Shown one piece after another: positions 1 to 12,524 of a stretch of 64,000 nt of DNA (positions are counted from its first letter, which is position 1; each line of letters begins with the position of its first letter). The position numbers were made by a program, and so were the translations under genes. The notes under the pieces were generated by a model, which worked only from the letters and a program-made list of their open reading frames with translations, had not been told where the DNA came from and ran no database searches. This DNA comes from Rhizaria sp. SCN 62-66 (lineage: Eukaryota): positions 186,001-250,000 of the forward strand of contig MEDY01000042.1 in NCBI GenBank assembly GCA_001724265.1. The letters are read 5' to 3'.

Positions 1-3000
1 TTGGAATCCCTCTGGAAAAGTCATTGTCAGAGGTGTCGGCTGGTTGCCAATGACAGTGTCACGAGTGACCTGTACGGTAATGTTGTAAGGGAGAACGTCG
101 GGAATATCTGCATTCTGGACGGAAGGCTGTGCTCCCCTGATAACAGTCGTAATATTCGCACTTAGCCGCAGACCACTCACAGCAAAACGAGGCTGCTTGA
201 AGCCCTCACAGGTCAGAGCAAGGTTCGTATTTGTGCCAAGTTCCGGGGTAACACTAGGCTGCACATGAATAGTAGCGTCTGCGCCACTCATTACAATGCT
301 GGAGAAAGGGATGTTGCCATAGCTGGTTTCACAGTCAGATAAACTGTTGACCGAGCTGGCGGCATAAGGAAGAGGGAAGATAAAGTCGAACGTTGTGGTG
401 TTTAAGACAAGCTCTGGTAGAACACTAATCGTGATCAAAACAGTGCTTATGTCCGCAATGTGCGTCGGTGTTGGCACGAAATCAACGGTGAAGACATCTT
501 GACCAAAAGAGTTCTCCCACTTAAACTCCGGTAGCATGGCCAATGCAGTAAAGATAGTCACTGGGCCGTCCTTGCCATATACTGTGAGTGGGCTTGCCGC
601 AGTGGGGCTCGTCGGACCGTTGAGCTTGTCACATTCCACCACTGAGCCCGGGGAGAAGGTGTACGCGCGGACTGCAGGCGTCGACGGCATAGTGAAGGTC
701 AACACTCCGCCGCTGAGTGTAGCCGGCACTGTGATATTCTCATTGGGTCCGCTGGCAACGGGGAGAGACAGCGTGCAGACCGTGACCGGCGATGTCATCA
801 GTGACATCGTCAAGGGCATCTCGTTAACTTCCACGATGTGGCCAGAGTACAGAGAGAATGCCACGCCGGAGATCGTGAGCGTGAACACTGTGGGCTCGAG
901 GGCGTACCGAGGCGCGGCATCAACCGCGGCGTTGACACCAGTAATAACGCTGAGAATGGGAATGTTGTCATCAGCAATGCCGACAAGGCCGCCGTTGGGA
1001 TCAGTCACAGTCACTTCAACAGGCACATTCACGGGGGCGGCTGCGGGGGGGTGAGGAGTAACACCATCGCAAACGATGATGACCTCAGACACAGTTGCAC
1101 CAGACACGCTGGTGTTGACTAAGAAAGTTGTGCTGCCAAGCGGTGTCGCCGTGAGAATTACACCCGGAGTCCCAGAGGTGCAAGAGCCCGTGAAAACCAA
1201 GTCGGGCGCCGTGAGAGTAATAGTATCACCATCGTGGATGCCGCCGCTCGGTGTGACCGTGACTGTAAGCTCGCTCTCCACGTCTTTAACCGGCGTGGTC
1301 AGCTCGGCATCTACGGTCATAGACGCAGACCCAAGCGTATAGTTCGCGTTGGAGGTGAAGGCCAGCACATTGAACTCGTTGTACACGGCAACAGCCGCTG
1401 TTTGTGTCACAGGCACAGCACGCGGGGTGTTGATCTTGCATTCGTAACCGATAGTAGTGAGGGCTACAATGTTAAAACTGACCGATGTAAACAATATGGT
1501 GATTACCAAATCGTCAGATGTTAAGCCCTGGTCCGCTGAAAAGGAGATGGTCACGGGTGATCCTTCGTTGACAGTCATTATGCACTCATGCACATTGGCG
1601 CCCGTGGGAGGGCCGAAGCCAGGCAGGGTCACCTGCAGAAAGTCGCTCGAGAGGAAGACTGTGTTGGCTGTGAACTGACCGGAAAGAGTGACGTTTGCGG
1701 ACTGCGCAGTCGGTGGCGTTAGCGACAACATGCTCCCCGAAACTGAGATTGCGACCACTGGGCCCAGAACAACCGTGGCAGTGTTTGTGATTGGGAAGTC
1801 ATTTGGTGCAAGCACGGTAAAGTTGTGCTTGTAAGGGTCAGTCGCGCCAAGTGCAGACGGGTTGGCAGCTCCTGTACACGAAATCTTGATTGAGGCGCCA
1901 GATGGAGTGCCATAAGTGAACGGTGCACCCACTGACAAGCCGAGTTTGAGACTCGTAAGCGGGTCAATCACAGAATTGGGTGATATTGAGTACTTGCTGC
2001 TAGTGGTGACACTCACAGGATCAATTTGAATACTGTTAGCCCAAACAGAGCAGGTGAAGTTCGGCCAGGCATAGAGCAGGGGCGACTGCAGCACAATCGT
2101 CGAACCAGCCTCTAAAACAACTGGGAACAGTGATACCGTGAAAGAGAAGTCACCGGGGCGCGCACTGTCGCTGCGGTGCCACGAGTCTACCGATGGCGTC
2201 GGCAGAGTCACAGGGGCAGACAGCGTCGGCGGAATAGTGGCGGGACCGACCAGATTGTACGGTGACGCAGTTACGTTGACGGGCTGGTTAAAGAGAGCAA
2301 CATTTGCAGTTTCGGTTGAGGTAATCGACTCAGGAATGTAGATGATGGGGTTGCACACCATACTGAACTGGGGAACAAGTAAACCAAGCGTTGTCGTATC
2401 AGCCGCAAATGTAAAGAGCAGTTGCGTGCTATTGACAATTGTGTACACTGGAGTCATGGCAACTGCATTGATTGTGACACCAAGGTTTGGCGGTACAAGT
2501 GACATAGCGCAGTTTGCAGTCGTGTTCGTCAAAAACTCAACTGCAGGAGGCAGCGTGAGAGAGCCGTTGTAGTGCGACGTTGAGCCGGCCTGCGGTAACG
2601 CAATAGCTGGAACTCTGATCATAAATGTGAAGCCAGTTTGGGTTTCCGGGTAGTTGTTGATTGGCGTAAGCGTTGCCGTCAGCGCGCCATTAATCGGCGG
2701 GGGAACACCAATCGCCGGAAGCTGTGCGAATGCATTGTTCAGCTCGACGTTAGCGCTGTTAAAGGCTACAATAGACATGTTGGTTTGCGGCGCAGCCTGG
2801 AGAGGATTCACAAAGGCCGCGCACTGAAGGAGGCTATTTCCATCACCAAGGCTATAATTATCAGGCGAGTTGCCGCTCAGCGTAACTGTAATTGAGAGCG
2901 CACTCCAGGACACTGTGGCCTGCTGTGTTACAGTCGGGCCATTAGGTAGGATTTTGCCAGTGAAGTTACAGCTCAATGATGTCGCAGCGGACATACCAAC

Positions 3001-6000
3001 GGGGAACTCTCCAATAGTAAACTTGCCGTCAGCGGGCATTATCAGAGTACTGCCGAGGAATTGCACCCCCAGGGTGCTCGTTGCGCCCGTGAGATCGGGA
3101 ACAAGACTCAGGTACACGACAAGTTTACCGATGATCTCGACATCCTCATTCCCCCGACCAACTTCGCGCCCGTTGGAGTCCATTACAATGGCTTCGACTA
3201 ACAACGTTGTTGCAGGTGCGGCAGGCTGGTCTGGCACAACGTCTGTGCAGATGATGGTGACGTTTGAGGGAACGGGATTACTGCCACTGACGATCTTAAT
3301 GCTGGGCGGCAACCCAGCCGGCCCGGAAATGAGTACAGCACCTTGTGTCAGTGTTGAGCACACAGGCGTGAAGGTAAATCCAGGTGCTTCAATCTCGATG
3401 ACGTCGCCATTAGCGAAACCACGCTCCGGTGTGATCACAATCGTCATGTTGCTGGCCACGCCCACACGAGGGTCATCAAGAGTTGCTGCAACAGTAATGA
3501 TATCGCCTTGCAGACTGTAGGTGGCAGTATCCTGCGTGACAAGAACGCCAAACTTGTTGTGAAGCATCATTGTAAGCTCCAGCGGCGACGGCAGCGAGCG
3601 CGGCGTTTTGATATTACAGGCAACGGCAACTGTTGTTAACGCTGTCACGGTTGTGGTCGGTGCTTGAAACATGATCACCGTGATATCGGAGGTCGACGCA
3701 GCTGTGTCAGCACTCACAGTTGAAGGAGATGCCGAGTTAACACTAATGCTGCAGCCTGTCACTGAATTTGTACTGTCTGTTCCAAACTCAGGTAACGAAA
3801 GGGTGATAATATCGCTGTTGAGTAACACACTACTCAACGTGAAATTGATATTTAGATTTGTAATCGTGGACACAGTCGCTGGTGTGAACGTTGCTGTAAA
3901 AGGAGCGGCACTTACAAGCTGAATTACCCCATAACTAATTGTGTACGTTGACGGATTAGTCATATTAGTCATGAACTCGTGGTCAACCGTAACCGCAACA
4001 TAGTGAGTATAAGTAAAACCACTAGGCGGGTTCAGCGCCAAACTGCACGTGATTGTGAGTGTGCTAGCTTTTGGAACCCGTCTGCCAAACGTAATAGTAG
4101 TCTGTGCGTTATTCGCCGAGGTTGAATTTGTTGACGGACTGCTTGTTGTTGAGACTGTGATGTTATTGATCGCCCCGCCAATCATTGAGCTTGCAGTACA
4201 GGTGTAGCCATTGTCAGCGTAAAGCAGAGGCGACGTCACAACAACTGCGTAGCCGACTTCTATAACCAAAGGCAGATTGTTGATGGAGAATATCATGGTG
4301 CTTGGGCGACCGCTGTCATTACGCACCAGCGGGTTTGCGGTCAACAACAACGTGGGCTTCGACAGGCTTGGCGTTGCTAAGGGTGCGGTGCCGCTCATGT
4401 TGTACATCGCCAGTGTCACATTGGTGGGGGTAGTCACCATGTTTACAGCAACCTGACCCACTGTAATTGTAACAGGACCAATCTTAACAATCGGATTACA
4501 GGTAATAACGAACTGAGGAGTCGGGTTGAGTGTGGCGCTCGTTGTGACTGTCAGATTGAATGTAAACAATTTATCAGTCGGAGTGCTGACGTCAACTGGG
4601 GACATAATCACCAGCGCCGATCCAGTAGGTGCAATTTTCACGGTGCACGTTAGAGGCATATGATTGTTGAACGTGAAGCCCGTAGGCAGAGTCAGCGAGC
4701 CCTGGACGGCAGTCGTCCCGCCAACGGTGGGCATTGACGCGAAAACTGGTTCGATTGTGGCAGTAAAGCCAGTGATTGCACCAACGAAATTATTCTCAAG
4801 TACAACGGTGGCAGTCAGCGGACCGTTTATTGTAGATGGTGTAACCAGCTCTGGAAGAGTTGTTGAGGCAGTGTAACGCATGCTGTTGGTTGCGCGCGCA
4901 GTAATATTTGACGTAACGGATATTATGGGACTGGTGACTGATGGGTTGACGTAATACTCACAAACAATCTTGGTGCTAAGATCGGAAAAGTTGTAAGTTG
5001 TATGCCAACCAGGCGGATCTGGAGAAAGCATCGGCAGAGAGTATGAATAAACACCATTCGAATGCGCGACTAACATAGGGCGATTAGTGGCATCTCGGCC
5101 GACAACGTCTTTGCCGGTGAAAACGCAGGAAAAGGGGCTGCCTTCTTGCATGTTGGCGTAAAGCAGACCAAGCGTCACTGCACCACCAGAGTCCGCAGTA
5201 ACCGTGCTACCGATAAATGTAATCGTGAGCGTGCTGTATGCGCCGATAACGTTGGGCAGTAGCGCAGTGTCCACACGGTAAACACCGGTTTCAGCCAATA
5301 TCGTTGTGTACGAGTCTGAGTTCTAACTAATGGGGAGCGTACCAATGTTGCTGACAGCTGCCTTGACCGTCACAGTGTCGCCCACCGCCGCGGGATTCAT
5401 TGCACACGGGCAGAAAACAGTAATGTCCAACAGCGGATTCTGAGCATTGGAACCGACACCAATGCTCCAGGCTTGTCCTGTTGCAGTGAGAGTGACATCT
5501 TGGCTCACCGCGTAACAACCACATCCAGGCGGGTCCTGACTTAGTACACTAATAGGAGTCGTTGTAAATGCAACCACGTTCCCGTTAGTAAATGGAGTCA
5601 GTGGATCCATGTGCATTGCAATTGTAAGACCAGTGCTCGTGCCGGCAACCTTTGAAGTCGGTGTAACAGCGACTGTGAGCGCAGGGGGCGTGACGGGCGG
5701 CGTGAACGAGGCGGTTTTGGTTGCGACAACAACAGTACGGTAGTCCACGAGCGAAAAAACAGCGTCACTCGGGCTTGGCATGCCAGTCGGCATGACAATG
5801 ACGCATTCAATCTTGTACGAGTGCGAAAGTAAACTGTTTGGCTGCAGAAATGTACCAGGAAGAGGCACCGATATCGTGAGCTTGTTCGCAGGAAAACCCG
5901 ATTCCGAGAAGCTGAACATGGCGTTGGACTGCAGCGCATTGTCGAATGTAAGGTTGCAGTGTAGCGGGTCTGATGAGAGCGTAAAACCGTCCAAAACGAC

Positions 6001-7323
6001 CGTGAGCACGTCCCCAGTGTACACATTTCCGTTGATTTGCCCAGATGCCGAGATGACGGACTGGGCGAGCACGTTAGGTGGGGTAAAGGCAACCACCAAC
6101 GTAACGGGAAGAACAGCGATGGAGCCAAAAAACAAGGATCTTGGACTCATAATATACACGTCGTTAGGATCAATGTAGGAGATTGAGTGATTATACTCAA
6201 CGCTGCTAGTAAGTGCAGGTGGATTGAATACGGTTGCACACGTGACGTTGAGTGTAGTTGACGTTAGGATCTGCTGTGCAGTAAGACCAGAGAGCTTGGT
6301 TGTGATGCTCGTGACTGAGTCGACTCCAATGGCTGTCGTACTGACTGTCGCTGTATACGATGGCATTGAAATACTACCCACCATAGTTGTGATGACGTTG
6401 CAAGTTAGTGAGGCGCCCGGGGCAAAGCCTGGGGCAAAGTAAGGGCTCAAAATCATGATCTTATCAAGATGACTGTAGATGTTAACAAAGCGAGAAGATC
6501 GAGAAAGTGAGCGAATGGAAGCAGACTTAATAATTTAGGCATGATACGTTAATATTAGCATTTTACGAAATCTACAGTGCTTATAAGTTTGCAACAGCTA
6601 ACACTTTGGCTTCATCAAAACAGCTGAGTGTGAATCGTACCTCATTCCTTGGTATTGCGCAAATGGCAAGGTAAACGAAATTGTAGCAGGACGTCCACTT
6701 TCTGTGTTCGAAACAATGCCTGTGGCTGATGCCGAGACTTGAAGCGCGTTGCTCGCTGATGCAAATGTGCCTGTACCAGTGTAAACCAGGCTGTTTTGTG
6801 AAGGAGTAATGCGGTGCGCGGTGAGAGTTGCAGCCACGGTGCTTGTGACGCTGATTGCTGGCACAGTCATGCCCGTCTTGCAATATAAAGAGACAGACAC
6901 ACTACCAGGAGGAGCTGAACTTCTGGTCATTTTAAATGTAGCGTTGATTTTGTTGTTCACGATTGGCTGAAACATGACTGAGGGTGCAATGACACTGAAA
7001 AGACTAGAGCTTGCTGTAATGCCACACAACGTTGTGCTGGTAGAGCTGTTAATATAGCGATTGGTAAACACGGCGGTGAACGTGTAGTCACGACTGCTGC
7101 TTGTAGTGGGCCATCCTGATGTTGAAATGACTACTGCGATTGTGAAGCCCGAGTACGTCGTATTAACGTTGCTCCAAGAGGCACCAGTGACGGTGGTGGA
7201 CTGCTGGATAGTCGACGCCAGCGCAACATCGATCGTTAAGAGCAGAAAAAGCACGAGAGCGGCTACAGTGTACCATTGGGCAGTCGGAAATAAGATGTGT
7301 CGCCTTGGGTTAAGCGAGGACAT
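1..7323 (-). CDS. Giant secreted/cell-surface protein (>2,380 aa, 3'-partial) with tandem Cys-containing, Thr/Ser/Val/Pro-rich beta-sandwich-like modules. Exons 7323-6641 and 6472-<1, with one in-frame TAG at 5325-5323
   Basis: ATG at 7323 followed by a hydrophobic signal (WYTVAALVLFLLLTIDVALA). A GTACGA..CTACAG intron (6640-6473) joins ORF 6598-7323 to ORF 5323-6456 in frame (QGMS|HLDKIMILSP). After the TAG the same frame continues (NSDSYTTILAETGVYRVDT...) and is still open at base 1 (...PTPLTMTFPEGFQ). The C-x(3-5)-NP motif recurs on both sides of the TAG (TCATVFNPP, CPCAMNPA, VCEYYVNPS, TCSLALNPP). Confidence 0.85.
6473..6640 (-). other. Spliceosomal intron (168 nt)
   Basis: GTACGA donor, CTACAG acceptor, AT-rich; removal restores the frame. 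Confidence 0.85.
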
Positions 7324-8887
7324 CTTAAGGCTTTACTCGAAGCATACATAGTGCACGTGGTCAAGTCAAATGATAATTTCGGATACAAAATCAAGATTCG
7401 TGAGATAAAAAGCAAAATAACGTGCTGCAATAGACTTGTTAATTTAAATACCAGTGATGAATTCTGAATTTCTAGGCAACCTTTAAGATAGATCCTTTGG
7501 GTTTGTACAATTGCTTCAGGTCGCGACCCGACTGGGGTCGACGCGAGAACTCAAGCGTAGATAGCGAGTCAAATGATGCAGACAGAGCTTCGCAAATTTA
7601 GGAAATGATTTGATAACTATGTTGAATTGCTATACTGTTATTCACATCAAAACACAGTTGTTATCACGCTCGATACATACTCTTAAAGTAGCGCTTCGAG
7701 GCGTGCCTAAGCGAAGCAAACTTTTTTTGACCCAGTGTTTTTGCTTGTGCCTGTACCTTATCAAGATTTACGAGTTTAGTCCATGTATCAATCGATATTC
7801 ATATACGGTATTCAAATAACCATAACAAAACACATTCATTTTTTTGATGACCTGACGATAAAACTTTATTACCTGCTCGAATTCAGGCGATTTCTTTCGT
7901 CTTTGGGTGTTAAGGTGTACTTGTGGCTGAGAATTCACCCGCATCTGATTCGCAATGGCTCGATCTACTTCGGAATTGATAGCATAAACGTGATTCGATA
8001 ATAAATTATCTATCTGAAACACACATTCTCTTTTTCTGGCGATTCTCTTTTACCGCTCCGTATCAACTGAACGACTTGAAGAACCCCTTCCGCGGACATC
8101 AATAGCTTGAAGTCATCATCGACAAAGTCCACGACAGTTCTACAAGCAAAGCGACATAAGCGCACACACAATACGAGCACGCACGTGCATTTATACACGG
8201 TATCTTATCTCAATGAACGTGTGATATTGTGCTAAGCTGCAGAACCACACTCCCTCAAAGTTAAGCCACCCTTAGACCCATCGCTCTGGCTCAAGACGAA
8301 CTTGATGGCATGTATCTTTGCACATAAGTTTCAAAACAATGTATCAACTTAGACTTCATATATTCGACGCACAATATATATTAGAATTAACTGACAGCGC
8401 TTTCTGTTGAGCATATCTGTTCCAATACTTCACTTTCGTCGTCAAACGGTCCTGCTCACAGTCTCAAACCAAGGCGTTGAGAGAATAAAGGGTTGCGTCG
8501 AACAATTACTATCTCGACCTGAAACAATAAATAAACGCTGTTTATTGTATATCAAACATGACACAGCGTAAGATCAATTAAATATTTCTCTGCAACACAT
8601 GGATCTATCTTAATCCAACCGACGAACAGCAGCTCTATCTGCTCGCATCACCTATCAAAACGACGTCAAATAACAAATGAAGCATAAATATAGGTTGGAA
8701 AGCAAATGGCAACACATAGTAGTCAGGACATTCATGCAGTTCAGCGCAGATATAGCTCATATACATGAACACTGCGACGCTAACACAGCTCGTCGCCCAA
8801 CCATACAGTAGTGTCTCAGTGTCCACTCTCCAACTTCGAGCCTCCGCACCGCACCAGCATTCAGCGCTAGCGCCAGGCGTGGCTTGC

Positions 8888-9429
8888 TTACCGCGTGGCG
8901 GGGATGGTGACCTTGGTCCCGTCGGGGATCGCGCTGAACGGCAGCTGGCACGCGAGTCGCGACGTCGGCGTGAGTCCCCAGGCCGTGTCGAGCATGTCGA
9001 GCTCTTCCTCTGTCGGCGGGTGCGACTGTTTGAGCTTCGCGAACAGCGCGTCGTCGAGCACGACGTGGCAGGTGGAGCATGCGAGTTGGCCGTTGCACGT
9101 CGCTTCCATGTCGATGCGGTTCGCGATCGCAACGGTCATCAGCGTGTCGTCTGCGGCGGGGGTCGCGACGGTCACCGAGACGGGCTCGCCGCTCGGCTCG
9201 ACGTACGTCACCGTGCTGCGGATAGCGCGAAAATCAAGCCGGCGGAAAAAAGAAGGTCGATGATTAGATAATATAGTTCGCAGTACATTATTGACATGCG
9301 TTATGTTTGATTTAGAGATGATTATACGCACCTAAAGCGGACGGTGGCGCGGGGGAGCAACGTTGAGACGGCAGTGGCCTTGCTAGCGAGACGGTGCGCA
9401 ACCAAGGTGCTAGAACGAAGAGCAAGCAT
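8888..9429 (-). CDS. Mitochondrial adrenodoxin-type [2Fe-2S] ferredoxin (Yah1/FDX2-like), 141 aa. Exons 9429-9332 and 9215-8888
   Basis: Exon 1 encodes an Arg/Ser/Leu/Ala-rich, acid-free presequence (MLALRSSTLVAHRLASKATAVSTLLPRATVRFS). Cluster motif ATCNGQLACSTCHV, EEELDMLD and SRLACQ. Intron GTGCGT..CCGCAG. Stop TAA. Confidence 0.93.
9216..9331 (-). other. Spliceosomal intron (116 nt)
   Basis: GTGCGT donor, CCGCAG acceptor; joins the presequence to the ferredoxin domain in frame. Confidence 0.88.
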
Positions 9430-10187
9430 CGGGTAGTGCTGGATAAGAACCTTTGCAAGTTGTTGGTCGTGTATGAAACACTCAGTAGTCGGTGAAGTTC
9501 CTTTTAGAGTCTGTGTGAGGTGTAGGGCGTGGTTGGTGAGAGATCAGAGGCGTGGATGGCCGGAGTGAGTCAGTGCAAGGGCAGCGCAAGACTGAAATGA
9601 AGTTGATAAGATAGATGACAAAACACAGCAAGGTAATTTAGTGACCAATTCAGCATAAGCAATGCAAGAGTTGTACTGACGGACTATATCGTGAGATATA
9701 GACCTTGAGAATGTCGTGCGGGAAGTTGCCTCGAGCCCACGGTCACCCCGTTTAAGCTTGAGAATGTGTTCGCCGTCTTATCTTCAAGCCTCATAACCGA
9801 CCCCTTAAGACTGACAGTGTTGCTAGAACAGAGGATCCAAGTCCTAACACACAGTCTTCTACACTATATTTTTCGTTTGATCTTCTACATTGCCACTATG
9901 ACCTCTTGCGCAGCTGACGTGGCACACACGCGACCCGCACCCACCTCTCCAACTGCGGACCTTCGTCTTTCTTCGCCTCAGCCATACCATAAGCGCTGAA
10001 CTTGCCAGTTTTACGAGATTCCTGCTGTGTTTATATAAAAATACTTGTTTGTCTTGGCTATTTTTGACACACGCTTGATTTTAGCTCGTACCGATCACTC
10101 ACTCCGAACCTCCGCTCTCACCCTTCTCTTCACTTGCTCTCTCACCGCCTCACCCCGCTTGCCCCGGCCCCCAGCTCGCGGCTTCCC

Positions 10188-11990
10188 ATGTCGTCCCTTG
10201 ACGAGATCGTGAATGCGCCCTCGCAGCTTTCCCTCGCGCTTGTGGACCCCGACGCGGCGCTGGACCAGGTCGCTGACGAGATCGCCACCCGTTCGGCCTC
10301 GATGACCGTCGAGGAGCGGGCCGCCGCATCTAAGACCTTCCAGGCGGGCGGCAACGACGCGTTCCGCCTCAACAAGATGCACGAGGCTATCTACCGCTAC
10401 TCCGTCGCGCTCGCGTTTGACCCGAGCAACGCTGCGCTCTACTCCAACCGTGCCGCTGCCCATATCAAGATCGAGGAGTACGTCTCTCTCTCGTTGTCGT
10501 TTCTTCGCAATCTACCTTCATTGCAACGAAAACAGTCCTAATTTGACTTTTAATGCCCTGAAAGGACGTCATCTCACTGTTAACACGTGACCTTTACGAA
10601 ATTGCTATTTTCTGTTTTCTTAAATGTTTATCTTACGCAAGTAATCTCCTATTTTGTTTCCCTCTCCATTTTTTTGTGTGACTTCACTTTTGTTTTTGTT
10701 CCTTCACTATTGCACAGGTACGGCTCTGCGCTCAACGACGCCGAGGCCGCGATTGCCGCCGATGAGACGTTTATCAAGGGCCACTACCGCCGCGGTGCGG
10801 CCATGATGGCTCTCGGCCGCTTCGGTGACGCCGTGGGCGCGTTCCGTCGCGTCCTCAAGCTCAAGCCCGGCGATATCGACGGCCAGAAGCGGCTCGCCTT
10901 CTGCAAGCGCGCCGATCTGGAGCAGAAGTTTGCGCAGGCGATCGCGACGGAGCAGACGCGCCACGCCTCCGAGACGATTGACATGACGTCACTAGCGGCC
11001 CCGGAGACCTACAAGGGTCCCGTCATCGATTTCGCGCAGCCGCTGAAGAAACGGTACCCGATCGAGACGGTCAAGGCGATCATGGAGTGGTTTAAGGAGG
11101 AGAAGACGAAGCAGTTCCCGCGCACGTACATCTACGGCATCCTGGTCGACTTCATCTCGATCGTGTCCAAGTACCCGTCTCTCGTGGATGTCGACATCCC
11201 CGAGGATGGTAAGATGACTGTGTGCGGTGACACCCACGGTCAGTACTACGACGTCCTCAAGATCTTCCAGCTCAACGGACTCCCCTCGGAGGAGAACCCT
11301 TACCTCTTCAACGGCGATTTCGTCGACCGCGGCTCGTTTTCGGTCGAGGTCGCGCTCACACTCTTCCTGCTCAAGCTCTCGTTGCCCAACCACGTGCACC
11401 TCACGCGCGGCAACCACGAGAGCATCAACATGAACATGGCCTATGGCTTTAAGGGCGAGGTCCTCGCCAAGGCCGACGAGAAGACGTTCGATCTTTTCAC
11501 CGAGGCCTTTAACTGGCTGCCGATCGCCTACTGCATCGGCAAGAAGGTGCTGGTCCTCCACGGCGGTCTCTTCAACGACGAGGTCACGCTCGACGACATC
11601 CGCAAGGTGCAGCGCTTCCGCCAGCCGCCTGAGTCTGGCATCATGTGCGATGCGCTCTGGTCTGACCCCGGCGCGCGCAACGGCCGCAATCCGCCCCACC
11701 GCGGCTGCGGCGTCGTGTTCGGGCCTGATATCACGAAGAAGTTCTGCGAGGCCAACGGGCTCAAGCTCGTCGTCCGCTCGCACGAGATGAAGCAGGCCGG
11801 GTACTCGGAGGACCACAATAAGCAGTGCGTGACAGTCTTCTCCGCGCCCAACTACTGCGATCAGGGCAACAACATGGGCGCTTTTCTCATCTTTGACGAT
11901 GATTACGACTATAAGGCTGTGCAGTTTACGGCGGCGCCACACCCCAACATCCGTGCGATGGCCTATGCCAACCCCATGATCTACAGCTAA
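10188..11990 (+). CDS. PPP5C: Serine/threonine protein phosphatase 5 (TPR + PPP catalytic domain), about 520 aa. Exons 10188-10477 and 10718-11990
   Basis: TPR motifs (GNDAFR..EAIYRYSVAL, LYSNRAAAHIKIEEYGSALNDA, KGHYRRG). PPP motifs GDTHGQ, GDFVDRG, RGNHE and SAPNYC. PP5-type C-terminus MAYAN. Stop TAA. Confidence 0.96.
10478..10717 (+). other. Spliceosomal intron (240 nt)
   Basis: GTACGT donor, T-rich body, GCACAG acceptor; splicing gives KIEE/YGSA. Confidence 0.92.
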
Positions 11991-12524
11991 ATGCGAAGTT
12001 AGGCCGCTTCTACGAAAAGTTGAGCCGCCTGCGTCAAGCTCAAGACATCAACGGTTATTATGTGGCTGACTTAAGATGTGACTCTGTCTTGTCGCTGCTC
12101 TTGCTATTGTTGCTGCTGTTGCTGTTGTTGCTGTCAGGCCATGTTGAGAGTGCGAGTGTGATGTGATGACTCAAGCGTACTTCGTACGTCATTTAGAGGT
12201 TATGTAGTTAAGCAGTGTATTAATGTCCCAGAAGTTTCTTATTTGCTGCGTACACGCGTTGGTGTTTTGTGATAAGAATCTTACTCTTGATGTAAGGATC
12301 AACGTGTGTACAGTCATCAAAGTTGATTTTCTGATTTGAAGTATTTTTGTGTATGTCAAGTTGTTTCGTTCTTGAATAGTATGTAGCGTTAGATTCGTTC
12401 ATCTATATCCATCTTTATTTTTCAGATATAATTATTAATATAATATAATTTCAACATGTTGTCCCTGGATAATAAAGTGATTGTTGTATTGCTTCTTGTT
12501 TTGTTTAATAGTGCTTGGTAGCGC

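Noticed and set aside
536-6442. Plus-strand Val/Thr-rich ORFs
   Set aside because: Shadows of the minus-strand surface-protein gene.
6598-6600. TAG ending ORF 6598-7323 as a real stop or a fourth read-through site
   Set aside because: It lies inside the 6473-6640 intron, and the frame hits TAA shortly after.
9898-9999. Short upstream ATG ORF (MTSCAADVAHT...) as an extra PP5 exon
   Set aside because: No consensus donor linking it in frame; PP5 is complete from 10188.
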